Source: a bacterium (lineage in GTDB: Bacteria; UBA8248). Taken from it: a stretch of DNA of 64,000 nt. Position 1 is the stretch's first letter. The number at the start of each line of letters is the position of its first letter. The notes under the pieces were generated by a model. It made no database searches. It saw only the letters and a program-made list of their open reading frames with translations, and had not been told where the DNA came from. The stretch covers positions 64,001 to 128,000 of the forward strand of contig CBDATS010000008.1 of NCBI GenBank assembly GCA_965200245.1, read 5' to 3'. Positions 1-9,903 of this stretch are shown here, in pieces. A program made the position numbers and the translations under genes.

Positions 1-1288
1 GACGGTTTCGGGAACGAACGTGCCGAGCAAGGATTTCGGCGAGCGGATTCACGTGGAAAACGATGTGCCCGAAATTACGGCACGAGAGCTTTTTGACCTA
101 ATCGAGAGCGATACGCCGCCGCGAATATTTGACACGAGGACGGAGGTGGAATTCGAGCGCTTCTGCGTCCCCACAGGGCGTAGCCTGCCGGGGGGCGAAC
201 TTATTCTCCACGCTTGGGATCTGGATCAGGACAGGGAATCACCCCTTATCATCAACTGCGCGGGCCGTACCCGCAGCATCATCGGGACGCAGGTGCTTCA
301 CCGGCTGGGCGTCACGCACGCGCGCGCGCTCAAAAACGGTGGCATGGGTATCATGCTCGAAGGTTTGCAACTCGATGAGGGGGAACCGAGCGAGATTCCC
401 ATTCCCTCGGACGAGAGCCGCACACACGCGGAAATGCTGGGTGCACAGGTGGCAGAAGAAGAGGGAATTCCCTTTGTTTCGGTACAGGAACTTCAAATGC
501 TTCAGGCGCAGGCTGACAGCAGCACGCTTTATGTGCTTGATGTGCGCCTCGCGCCCGAGTTTTCTGGCGGTCACATACCGGGGGCCATCTCCATTCCCGG
601 CGGACAGGCAGCGCAGCGCACCGACGAGGTGATTGCCGTGCGCACGGGCAAGGTCGTCACCTATTGCGACAAGAATGCGCGCGGTGTCATGGCGGCTTAC
701 TGGCTACGCCAGATGGGACTTGATGTGAGTGTGCTGCGCGGCGGCCTCACGGCGTGGCTTGATGCCGGAAGAGCGGTTGAGAAGCCCAGCGAGGCGGCTT
801 CGGGAGAAAGCCCGGCGGGAGCGGGGGAGATTCTTCTTCTCAAACGAGCACGCTCACAGACTCGCGCCTATGCGGCGGGGGAAGCGAGCGCCCGGACATT
901 CGGCGCAATTCTGGATGTGGATTTGAGTTCTTCCTATGAAAGGGGCCATCTGCCCGGTTCCGTCTGGGTATCTAGGAGCCGATTGGAGGAACAGGTGCCC
1001 GAGCAGGCCGTGAACAAGAGAGCGCGAGTGATGTGTGTTTGCGAGGATGGACGAAAATCCGCCCTGAGCGCGCTCGTTCTCCAAAAACTCGGCTACCGCA
1101 GAGCGGGTTATCTCGAAGGCGGTAAAACGGCTTGGCGGGAGGCGGGGTTGTCTCTCGAAACCGGGCGCGAAGGGCTGGATGAATTGCCCAGGGATGTGCA
1201 GCTAAAGCCCTACGACATCGGGCGCAGCGCGATGGAGGGATACCTTACCTGGGAGGAAAATCTGGGCAAGAAGTACGCCCGAAATTAA
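1..1288 (+). CDS. Multi-domain rhodanese/sulfurtransferase (5' end probably outside window)
   Basis: Three rhodanese repeats: DTRTEVEF..NCAGRTRS, DVRLAPEFSGGHIPGA..YCDKNARG..LRGGLTAW, GHLPGS..VCEDGRKS..LEGGKTAW. Frame is open to the window edge. Confidence 0.85.
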   Translation, partial: TVSGTNVPSKDFGERIHVENDVPEITARELFDLIESDTPPRIFDTRTEVEFERFCVPTGRSLPGGELILHAWDLDQDRESPLIINCAGRTRSIIGTQVLHRLGVTHARALKNGGMGIMLEGLQLDEGEPSEIPIPSDESRTHAEMLGAQVAEEEGIPFVSVQELQMLQAQADSSTLYVLDVRLAPEFSGGHIPGAISIPGGQAAQRTDEVIAVRTGKVVTYCDKNARGVMAAYWLRQMGLDVSVLRGGLTAWLDAGRAVEKPSEAASGESPAGAGEILLLKRARSQTRAYAAGEASARTFGAILDVDLSSSYERGHLPGSVWVSRSRLEEQVPEQAVNKRARVMCVCEDGRKSALSALVLQKLGYRRAGYLEGGKTAWREAGLSLETGREGLDELPRDVQLKPYDIGRSAMEGYLTWEENLGKKYARN

Positions 1289-1519
1289 CGCGCGGTATCT
1301 TCTGAACCTGGTCCGCCAGTGTGGAACTCGGCTGCAGGCACTGTTGCTGTTTTCTTGCGTTCAGCGAGGCGATGATTTCGAATTCCGGGTTTTCGTTGCA
1401 GGTGTTTACCTGTCCTGGAATCGCAAGAAATCCACGGGCCACTAATGCTGTAGACGAGCAGCGCGAGCAGACTCGAAGCGGTGATCGCCCCGCTTGTTTC
1501 TGGATTCGATTCTGCCATA

Positions 1520-1650
1520 ACGAGGTCTGGGAAGAAGGACACAATCAATACCCACGGAGCGACGTAGAGGACGCCCGCCGCTATTTCCCAAAACAGAATT
1601 TATGCCGTCCCGGTCAATTCAAGAAAAAACCAGAGTCCACAGGTTCGTCC
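1520..1650 (-). pseudogene. Possible TRAP large permease (DctM) C-terminal relic
   Basis: Reverse-strand translation LTGTA*ILFWEIAAGVLYVAPWVLIVSFFPDLVM resembles DctM C-termini. Contains an internal stop and has no start. Confidence 0.3.
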
Positions 1651-1740
1651 GTCGATTTCCTGTGTCTGATGTTCAGGATGTAGAGTTTGCGCTCGTCCAA
1701 CCGGTTCTTGAGAGCAATGAATCTCTCGCTTGGTCCATCA

Positions 1741-2331
1741 TCAGTTGCAGTTGTTGTGCCGGCGCCACATTTCCGCGTTGTGGCCTTTCGGCACATTCAC
1801 GCAGGAGTCTGACTTGGAATAGCCCCTGAGTTCGTTGTAGGTTCGTATCTGCTTCTCCGAGAGGACTTTCAAAGTCTCGATGTGCGCGGCCAGATGCACG
1901 TAGCGCAATTCCTTTTTCGTTTCGGCGATGGCGCTCAGGGAATCACGCAGCAGTGCGTCGGTAATGGTTCGGTTACGGAAACCGTTTTCAAGGTGCCGTT
2001 CCAGATCGATCAGGCGTTCGCCATGATGGATGGCCCGGCTTTTCATTCGCCGGTATATCGCGCTGATGGCATAATGCTGGGTCTCATCAAGGCCGATTTC
2101 GTCTTTCATCTCCAGGAGGTGCATCGGCCCCGGTACGCCGTTCAACTCCGCCGCCTTGGCTAGCCCCCAGCCACCTCCGCGTCTGAGTTCAGCGATGTCT
2201 TCGGCCGAGAGACTCTTGATCGCCCGATTTTCTTGACCGGCGTATTTCGAGTGATGGGACGATGCAACTTCGTTGGCCTCCACAGCGATAACGGGCGTCA
2301 GCAATGTGAGAATCAAGAAAAACCCAATCAT
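1741..2331 (-). CDS. Exported Spy/CpxP-like helical protein
   Basis: Signal peptide. Motifs YAGQENRAIKSLS and GLAKAAELNGVPGPMH, ending LSEKQIRTYNELRGY. GGAGA RBS. Confidence 0.65.
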   Translation of the reverse strand: MIGFFLILTLLTPVIAVEANEVASSHHSKYAGQENRAIKSLSAEDIAELRRGGGWGLAKAAELNGVPGPMHLLEMKDEIGLDETQHYAISAIYRRMKSRAIHHGERLIDLERHLENGFRNRTITDALLRDSLSAIAETKKELRYVHLAAHIETLKVLSEKQIRTYNELRGYSKSDSCVNVPKGHNAEMWRRHNNCN

Positions 2332-2402
2332 GCAAATCTCTCCTCATGCTTTATTTCTGTGGTGCTGGTACGGCAATGGTGTTGTTTTGTGGTGGTTTTC
2401 AG

Positions 2403-2687
2403 TCAGATGTTGATAATGCCCGGTTCGTTCCGGCTGATATCCCACCCTTTCGATTCCATGAATTTTTTGAATCCATCCCAGTCGAGTTGGCCGTCGACAT
2501 GGAATTTGAGAATGGACTCTCGTGAGAGGCGAGTCTTCATCCACTGATAGAGCGGATCTCCGAGCATATCACGGTGCCGGGCGGCGAACTCGACCAGTGG
2601 GATTCCTTCCGGTTCGAGCACGATCCAGTAGCTGTTCCTGTATTTCACCAGCTTCAGATCTTCTAGCAATGTGTCGGGTTCGCGCAT
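2403..2687 (-). CDS. Hypothetical protein (94 aa)
   Basis: AGGAG upstream of ATG at 2687. Protein-like composition (MREPDTLLEDL...). Confidence 0.55.
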   Translation of the reverse strand: MREPDTLLEDLKLVKYRNSYWIVLEPEGIPLVEFAARHRDMLGDPLYQWMKTRLSRESILKFHVDGQLDWDGFKKFMESKGWDISRNEPGIINI

Positions 2688-2846
2688 TGGCGTCCGGCTC
2701 CTCGTAAATGACTGCGTCGGGCGTGCGGTTTTCGTATGCGATACGTCGTCTGCGGCCCACACAAAATGCGCTTCCGTGTCGTGAGTATATAACAAGGCCA
2801 AAGGCGTGGTGAAAGAAAAAACGTTGAGGCACGGTACCCGGAATCT

Positions 2847-3508
2847 TCACTCCCATTTTTTGCGCATCATTTTCACGAGTTCGGCACCCGATTCGCCTGC
2901 GTTGAACCTTCTGGTGAATTCTTCTTCGATTTCCATGACGATCCGCGTGCGTTCGCGCACGGCTTCGGCTTCATCTTTGGGTACCACGGCCACGCCGTCC
3001 GCATCGGCGACCACGATGTCTCCCGGTGCGACCCGTACCCCGCAGCAGGTGACGGGGGTGTCACGTTCGGCCGCGATGAGGCGCTTCGAGTAGGGCAGGG
3101 GCCTCGCGCCGCAACACCAGACGGGCAGCCCCAGTTCCATGATTTCAGAACGTCGCGCGACCGTCCGTCCGTTACTACGCCCGCAGCACCCCGCCTGTGA
3201 ATGACGCGTGCCCCGTTGGCCCCCAGAACCGCCATGTCGCTCCCCTCGGTGGCGAGCACGACGAACTTGCCCGGTTCCATCTCCTCGTGCGTTCCGTAGA
3301 GGCTCACATTGGAGGGGCTCACCTCGTCCCGGATGGGTTCGGAGCGCATGGTGGCTGCAGGGGCGGCGACGCGCTTCTCGGTGAAAGGTGTGAGTGGAAC
3401 GACATCCTTCATAATGAGGTCGAGGCCCAGAAATATCGAGGCGTCCGCGATAGCTGTCGTTGGCGCGCGGGAGAAGAATTCTAGAACGTCCTCCATGGGT
3501 ATCTCCAT
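2847..3508 (-). pseudogene. RraA/HMG-aldolase family protein, single frameshift near 3148
   Basis: Frame 1 gives TTAIADA...GAAGVVTDGRSRDV. A second frame continues SEIMELGLPVW...VAPGDIVVADADGVAVVP. Adding one T (GTTCT to GTTTCT) restores the gene. Confidence 0.8.
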
Positions 3509-3671
3509 AGGGTGAAAAGCGTGGACGTGAAAATTTCACAGAGCTATGAGAAGTATCCGGTTTGTTTAAGTATAGACATATTCTGATTTTAGACTACGGG
3601 CGTTCCCGAGGAGCCAAAAATTGCATCAGCCATTGGGGATACCCGCATGAAATTCCGGCAATCCCGGAAAC

Positions 3672-4364
3672 CTAGTCCACGACGGCCACGGCCCGGCAGG
3701 GGGAGCCTTCGATACCCGGCATCTTGAGCGGAAGGGCGATGACCTCGAAACGTTCTTGCTCGATGGCGGAGAGGTTCGTCATATGCTCAATTTGAATGAT
3801 CCCGTTTCCGAGCAGCGTCCGGTGGACGACGTAGTGCTCGGGTACGTTCTCGGGAGTCTTTTTCACCTCTTCTTCCTGCAGAAAATCGAATCCAGCCGCC
3901 TTTACGCCCTTGTCCACGAGCCACTTCGCTCCGTCTCCGGTCAGGAAGGGAGAGTTTCTCAGGTAGGCGTCCGAACCCCAGAATTTGTCTGTGAAATCGG
4001 TGCGCAGCAAGACGATGTCGTCTTCGCGCACTAGCCCCGCATGGACCTCCAGGTCCTCGGCGGAGATGGGTGCATCCGCCCCTTTGGATGAGAAATCGAT
4101 CAGACAGGCGGGCCCCATGAAGCGGTCGAGTTCCACTTCGTCTGTCGTCTTCCCCCAGCGGTAGATGTGCCGAGGACAATCGAGGTGTGTGCCCGCATGG
4201 GCGAATATGGAGAGCCAGCTGTCGACGAAGACGACATCGGGTTCCTTTTGGGGCGGGAAGAACTTGCGCCGCACGGAGGTTTCGGCGTTCATCATTTTAC
4301 CTACGGCGGCCGCCACTGGATCCATTTCGTCGTAGTGGGCGAGACTCAAGTCGATGATGGGCAT
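3672..4364 (-). CDS. Cyclase / kynurenine formamidase-like metal hydrolase
   Basis: HAGTHLDCPRH (HxGTHxDxPxH) motif, VHRTLL, IEHMTNL, PLK..GIEGSPCRAVA. Confidence 0.9.
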   Translation of the reverse strand: MPIIDLSLAHYDEMDPVAAAVGKMMNAETSVRRKFFPPQKEPDVVFVDSWLSIFAHAGTHLDCPRHIYRWGKTTDEVELDRFMGPACLIDFSSKGADAPISAEDLEVHAGLVREDDIVLLRTDFTDKFWGSDAYLRNSPFLTGDGAKWLVDKGVKAAGFDFLQEEEVKKTPENVPEHYVVHRTLLGNGIIQIEHMTNLSAIEQERFEVIALPLKMPGIEGSPCRAVAVVD

Positions 4365-4584
4365 GAAGGGGTCCTTTCATACAAGCGAATCCGGTCTATT
4401 GGCTGTTCGTTAGGCGGGTTCATCGTGTCATAAATAGGGGATTCTGAAAAACTTGTGTTGAGAAGATATTCTTCCACTAGACGTGAATCCAGCCTATCCA
4501 GGACCGGGAACTGCCTCTTCGCACGCTCCCCTTTTCAGGATAGTATTTCGCTTATCCATCTTACGCCAGGAGGAGGGAAGAAGG

Positions 4585-5393
4585 ATGAAAAAAGCGCTTT
4601 GCCTCGCTTTGCTCGTCTGCCATCTGGCCGCCCCGGCCATCGTTTCTGCCAAATGCTCGCCCGGCTTGGTGCGCCATTTTCCTTTCAAGAAGGCAACGCC
4701 CGTATCCTACATCCGAAGGACGAAGGCCGCGCGTCGCATCAGCATCCAGTGGTTTGGCCACGCATTTTTCCGCATCATCTCTCCCGGGGGAATCCGCATC
4801 GTGACCGATCCCTTCTCCCCGCACCGGGGTTACCCCATCCCAAAGACCAGCCCCGATGTGGCGACGACGAGCGAGGAGGCGATGAACCACAGTTCCGTCG
4901 ATGTGCTAGGCGGAAACCCCGTCGTTCTCAGGGGCGTCTCCGTCGATGGTGGGAAGTGGAACGAAGTGGATTACCGGATAGGCGACGTGCGCATCCGCAA
5001 CGTGCCCATCGTACAGGGTGGAGGAGGGGACGATTTCGACGTCGGCGATTCGAGAGCCTCTTCTTTTCTCTTCGAGACTGGTGGGCTTTGCATCGCCCAT
5101 CTGGGAGATCTGGGCTCGCCCATGAACCCCGAGCAGTTGAGAAGGCTGGGAAAGGTGCACGTGGCCCTCGTCATCATCTCGGACCCTGGAGCGATGAACC
5201 CCGACGTGATGGCGAAATTCATCCACAGGCTCAGGCCCAACGTGGCGATTCCGATGGACGTTCGCTCGCTTGAGGAATTGAACGTCTTTCTCGCCGGATT
5301 CAGGCGCGTCCGCAGAATCGACGGCGATACATACGTCTTCAGCCGCCCACAGAAGTGGTGTTCATCAAGCACAAGGCATGGGAGTGGAAGTAG
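4585..5393 (+). CDS. Exported MBL-fold protein with degenerate metal motif; C-terminal frameshift near 5345
   Basis: Signal peptide MKKALCLALL, WFGHAFF, IVTDPF, IAHLGDLG. A family-like tail PTEVVFIKHKAWEWK* (stop 5391-5393) lies in another frame. Confidence 0.75.
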
Positions 5394-5908
5394 CGACGGG
5401 AAGCCTTGGACGAGGAGCAATTCCGATGAATCCAGGTGGAGGTGGGCTTCGTGCCATTCTCAAAAACAGCAGACAACGGATGTCAGATGAAAATCCTCAT
5501 CAGTCGATGGCCTGGTGATAGCATGCTGGACGGCGACCGTGTAATGGAATGTTCCGAATAGCAGGCGATGTTGTCCGGTTTCGGCAGCCAGAAGATAAAG
5601 AAGCACATATCTTCACCCTACGTTTATCTCTCTCACTTGGTGCATGCGCGGAGTGGTGTGGATTAACGGCTACCCTCACATGGATGTCACCTGTTGCAGT
5701 GATTACGAAGAAATAAGTTTATCGTCTCCCCTGAATTTGCCCGCAATAGCCTGCGTTTGCTCACACCGCTTTCAGGAGCCTCCCGACCACCACCGTACCC
5801 CATCTGGCCGAAACCGGGTCATCCCACGGCCCATATACGAAACGTCTCACCTAGGCTATAATCGCACTATCCAACCTACAAAGTCCGCATCACCATGTGG
5901 AGGAAGAC

Positions 5909-7231
5909 ATGGACGAGCTCAAGCGAACAGCCGTCGATTACCTCGACGGACAAGCGGGCGAGGCACGCGAAATAGCCCGTGAAATTTGGAATTTTGCGGA
6001 AATCGCCCTGGAGGAATTCAAATCCGCGGAACTCCTCGAAGACGTGCTGGAGCAACACGGATTCGATGTGCAGCACGGTGTGGGCGACTTGCCCACCGCA
6101 TTCATCGCAAGGTGGGGTGATAGCGGTCCGACCGTAGGAATTTTAGGGGAATACGACGCGTTGCCCCACTGCGGCGATTCCCACGAAAAACAGGGCCACG
6201 GGTGTGGGCACAACCTCTTCGGCACGGCCAGTGCCTATGCAGCGATTGGGGCGGCACGCGCTCTGCGTGAATCAGGAACAAAAGGCCAGGTCGTGTGCTT
6301 CGGCTGTCCGGCGGAAGAAACCCTGGAGGGCAAGGTATACATGGCACGAGACGGTGCTTTCGACGGACTCGACGCCGCCGTTACCTGGCATCCCGGCGAG
6401 AAGAACTTCACCCGAGGGGGCAGCACCAACGCCATGGATTCCATCGTATTCGAATTCTATGGCGAAACGGCCCACTCAGCCCGCGACCCGTGGAACGGAA
6501 GGAGCGCGCTTGATGGTGTGGAAATCATGAACTACGGCGTCAACATGATGCGCGAACACGTTATCGAGCCGGTCAAGATTCACTATGTGATTACGGACGG
6601 TGGAGTGGCTCCCAACGTAGTGCCCTCCTATTCGCGCGTGTGGTACTACGTTCGCGCGCCCAAACGGGCGATGGTCAACGAACTGAGCGAGCGCGTGCGA
6701 AACTGCGCAAAAGCAGGTGCGCTGGCATCGGGTACCACTATGAAGGAAACCCTCCTCACCGCCGTTTACGAGAATCTTCCCAATAACGCCCTTGCTCACT
6801 GCGTGCAGCGAAATCTTGAATATGTAGGCGCGCACGCCTATACGGCGGAAGCCAAGGAGTTTGCCCGAAAACTAGGCTACGAGGAACCGCTCTCGGAGGA
6901 GGTTTCGCCACTCGATCCGGCGGACATCCGCCCGAGCAACGAGCGCGGAAACGTAAGCTGGCTCACGCCTCTGGGTAACCTGATGGTTACCTGCCATGCA
7001 CCCGGAACGCCTGGGCATTCATGGCTCGCCACGCAGCAATACGGGATGGAAATCGGGGAAAAGGGCATGATGACCGCCGCCAAGACCATGGCGGCCACCA
7101 CCTTGGAACTCATCGGTGATGAGGATGTATTGAAGCAAGTGCGAAAGGAATTTGAGGAGAAAACGAGGGGTTTCATCTACGACCCTATCATTCCCGAGGG
7201 GCAAAAACCGAACCCATTGGGTATGAGATAA
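5909..7231 (+). CDS. M20D amidohydrolase (AbgB-like)
   Basis: LGEYDALP, GHGCGHN, GCPAEE, WHP, PWNGRSALD, PGHSW motifs. GGAGG RBS. Confidence 0.9.
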   Translation: MDELKRTAVDYLDGQAGEAREIAREIWNFAEIALEEFKSAELLEDVLEQHGFDVQHGVGDLPTAFIARWGDSGPTVGILGEYDALPHCGDSHEKQGHGCGHNLFGTASAYAAIGAARALRESGTKGQVVCFGCPAEETLEGKVYMARDGAFDGLDAAVTWHPGEKNFTRGGSTNAMDSIVFEFYGETAHSARDPWNGRSALDGVEIMNYGVNMMREHVIEPVKIHYVITDGGVAPNVVPSYSRVWYYVRAPKRAMVNELSERVRNCAKAGALASGTTMKETLLTAVYENLPNNALAHCVQRNLEYVGAHAYTAEAKEFARKLGYEEPLSEEVSPLDPADIRPSNERGNVSWLTPLGNLMVTCHAPGTPGHSWLATQQYGMEIGEKGMMTAAKTMAATTLELIGDEDVLKQVRKEFEEKTRGFIYDPIIPEGQKPNPLGMR

Positions 7232-7277
7232 ATGATTTCGGCGAATCATCCACCATCTAGAACCAGGAGAATTCATC

Positions 7278-8117
7278 ATGAAGTTTGGTGTCGCGATTTT
7301 CCCGACCGATTATTCCATCTCTCCGCACAGCGTCGCCAAAGAGGCGGAAGACAGGGGCTTCGAGTCCATTTTCTTTCCGGAGCACACCCATATTCCGGCG
7401 AGCAGAAAAACTCCCTGGCCCGGTGGCGAGGAACTCCCGAAGGAATACTCGCATTCGCTCGATCTTTTCGTGGCACTCGGGGCAGCAGCGGCTGCGACGG
7501 AAAAAATCATGCTGGGTACGGGCATATGTCTCGTCATAGAGCGCGACCCCATCACCCTCGCCAATGAGGTGGCCACGCTTGATCATATCTCGAACGGACG
7601 TGTTCTCTTCGGCGTGGGCGGCGGCTGGAACCGGGAGGAGATGGAAAACCACGGTACGAAGTACGAGAAACGCTGGATCATCTTGCGCGAGCGCGTCGAG
7701 GCCATGAAAGCCATCTGGAGGGAGGATGAGGCCAGCTATCACGGAAATTTCGTGGATTTCGAGCGCATCTGGTCTTGGCCCAAACCGATCCGAAAACCGC
7801 ACCCGCCCATACTCGTGGGCGGTAACGGTGCCAGGACGCTCGATCGTGTGGTTCGCTACGGAGACGAGTGGATGCCGTTGCCGCGCGGGGGCTTGGACCT
7901 CTCGCCGCGGATCCGGGAACTTCAGGATATGGCCGCCAAGGCAGGACGTGCGCCCATTCCCGTCACCATATTCTTCGCACCCCCCGACCTTGAGCAGTTA
8001 CGTGCTTTCGATGACCTGGGCGTGGGCAGGTGTCTCTTCCATCTGCCTTCGGAGGAGGTGGATATCATCTTGCCGAAACTCGACGAGTTGGCGGGCGTCG
8101 TGGAACAATACGGTTAA
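7278..8117 (+). CDS. LLM-class oxidoreductase, probable F420-dependent (Rv2161c-like)
   Basis: FPTDYSI, GFESIFFPEHTHIP, ATLDHISNGR, GGGWNREEMENHG, WPKP..PHPPILVGG. Confidence 0.85.
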   Translation: MKFGVAIFPTDYSISPHSVAKEAEDRGFESIFFPEHTHIPASRKTPWPGGEELPKEYSHSLDLFVALGAAAAATEKIMLGTGICLVIERDPITLANEVATLDHISNGRVLFGVGGGWNREEMENHGTKYEKRWIILRERVEAMKAIWREDEASYHGNFVDFERIWSWPKPIRKPHPPILVGGNGARTLDRVVRYGDEWMPLPRGGLDLSPRIRELQDMAAKAGRAPIPVTIFFAPPDLEQLRAFDDLGVGRCLFHLPSEEVDIILPKLDELAGVVEQYG

Positions 8118-8123
8118 CTTGAG

Positions 8124-8162
8124 AAAAAAGCCCCCGGCAGGGAAAAACCCCGCCGGGGGCTT
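8124..8162 (-). terminator. Rho-independent terminator of selD-msrA (likely bidirectional)
   Basis: AAGCCCCCGGC...GCCGGGGGCTT inverted repeat with a U-tract on the minus strand, between convergent genes. Confidence 0.85.
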
Positions 8163-8178
8163 GCTCGTTCGTATGCGG

Positions 8179-8643
8179 CTAGTGGCAGATGATCCCGTTT
8201 TTTTCGGCATATTGCTGGTGGTAGTCCTCGCCCATCCAGAATCGTGACGCCGGCGTAATCTCGGTCACTATCGGTCCCCAATGACGCCCTGACTCCTCCT
8301 GTTCCTCTTTAGAGGCACGTGCTTCGCTTTCCTGTCCGGGAGAGAAGAAATAAATCGCCGAGCGGTACTGGGTACCCACGTCTGGTCCCTGGCGATTCAG
8401 CGTGCACGGGTCGTGAATACGCCAGAACAACTCTAGGAGTTGGCGATAAGAAACTTTCTCGGGTTCGAATTCCAGGTAGACGACTTCTGCATGTCCCGTG
8501 CGTCCCGTGCATACTTCTCGATAGGTGGGCTCGTCCTTCGTACCGCCCGAATACCCCACTGCAGTGTACGCCACGCCTCCTTCTTTGCGGAATGCCGCCT
8601 CCACACCCCAAAAACAACCTGCGCCGAACATGGCCTTTTCCAT
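8179..8643 (-). CDS. msrA: Peptide-methionine (S)-S-oxide reductase
   Basis: GAGCFWGVE, GHAEVV, NRQGPDVGTQYRSAI, EDYHQQY. Confidence 0.97.
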   Translation of the reverse strand: MEKAMFGAGCFWGVEAAFRKEGGVAYTAVGYSGGTKDEPTYREVCTGRTGHAEVVYLEFEPEKVSYRQLLELFWRIHDPCTLNRQGPDVGTQYRSAIYFFSPGQESEARASKEEQEESGRHWGPIVTEITPASRFWMGEDYHQQYAEKNGIICH

Positions 8644-8673
8644 AGACTGTGCTCCTCATTGAAAAGAGAAGGA

Positions 8674-9771
8674 TTAAGGCTCTGCCACTACGCTACCGGC
8701 CGGTCCTTCCACGACCTCACCGAATACGGCGGCGGGAACCACGCCCGCCCGGTGCAGTTCGTCCAATAGCGACCCTGCCTTTTCTGCATCCACCGCGATG
8801 ATGAGCCCGCCGGAAGTTTGCGCATCGTTGAGCAAGGCGAGCATCTCCTCATCAACTCCCGGTTTCGTTTCGACGAACGGTTTCGTCCACGAGCGGTTGC
8901 GTTCACCCCCTCCCGCAGTGCCCGCAATGGTGTGGGGAAGCAAGTCCTCGAACCGGGGCACATCGGAGAACACGACGCGCGCCCGCGCGCCGCTGGCCTC
9001 CATCACGTTGTGTAAATGACCGAGAAGGCCGAATCCGGTGACGTCTGTACAGGCGTTCACACCCACACGCATCATGCACTCGCTCGCCTCTTTGTTGAGC
9101 GTCTTCATCGATTCCACAGCCTCTTCGAATACACCTTCGCGGAGTTTTCCGTTTCTGCCGAAAATGCCGCGCGCGGCCCGCACCACCGGATTTCCCTGCT
9201 TGGTGATGTTTGTAACGATGCCGGTACCGATTTTCTTCGTCAATACAAGTTTGTCACCTGGTTTCGCCCCTTGGTTCGTTACCATCTTTCTGGGGTCGAC
9301 AGTTCCCGTGACGGCGATGCCGTATTTGGGTTCGACGTCATCCACGCTATGACCGCCTACAATAACGCCACCTGCCTCGCGCATCTTGTCCGCGCCTCCA
9401 GCCAGGATTCTCCCCAGTACATCGAGACCGATGTGGCAGGGGAACCCCACCAGATTCAGCCCGGTAATCGGCTGTGCGCCCATTGTGAAACAATCGCTCA
9501 GTGCGTTGGCGGCGGCTATCTGGCCATAGGAATAGGGGTCGTCCACGATGGGCGTGAAGAAATCCACCGTCTGGACGATGGCCAAATCATCTTTAAGCCG
9601 ATACACGCCTGTATCGTCTCCGGCGTTCGTCCCGTAGAGAAGGTTCGGATCTGAAAACGGCTCGAACTGGCTCAATGCCTCTCGGAGGTCCTCCGGACCC
9701 AGCTTGGAGCCTCATCCGCCTGCCTTGACCATCCGGGTGAGTTGTACTTTTCTTTCAGATGCGGTCGCCAT
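8674..9771 (-). CDS. selD: Selenide,water dikinase, selenocysteine-containing (U20)
   Basis: ATG 9771 after GGAGA RBS gives MATASERKVQLTRMVKAGG-UGA(9712-9714)-GSKLGPEDL, in frame with QTVDFFTPIVDDPY, GGHSVDD, TDVTGFGLLGH and DAQTSGGL. Confidence 0.95.
9687..9699 (-). promoter_or_regulatory. Bacterial SECIS-like hairpin of selD
   Basis: GGUCC-GGA-GGACC stem-loop starting 12 nt 3' of the UGA. The loop begins with G 17 nt from the UGA, matching the bacterial SECIS consensus. Confidence 0.65.
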
Positions 9772-9903
9772 TCTTTCTCCTGAAAATCCAGAAGCGGCTT
9801 GGGAAAATTCCCATCAGCGGAGATAATAGTACATCTCTGAAAGATAGACAAAAAACACATCTTTTCCCTTGCACCATGTTCGCCATACCGAAAGGGCACC
9901 CGA

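Noticed and set aside
1690-1743. UGA read-through at the end of the Spy-like gene
   Set aside because: The protein ends at a natural-looking family C-terminus (WRRHNNCN), and no SECIS-like hairpin or protein-like extension follows.
5400-5900. Roughly 500-bp gap with short ORFs
   Set aside because: No recognisable protein motif, repeat or RNA structure. Left unassigned.
8560-8620. msrA catalytic Cys (TGT) as a former Sec codon with a vestigial SECIS
   Set aside because: The downstream GCGG-CATT-CCGC hairpin is short and has no G in its loop. The codon is a plain Cys.
9672-9899. 75-aa ORF upstream of the truncated selD
   Set aside because: Wrong frame. The region is explained by the true selD N-terminus and the divergent intergenic space.
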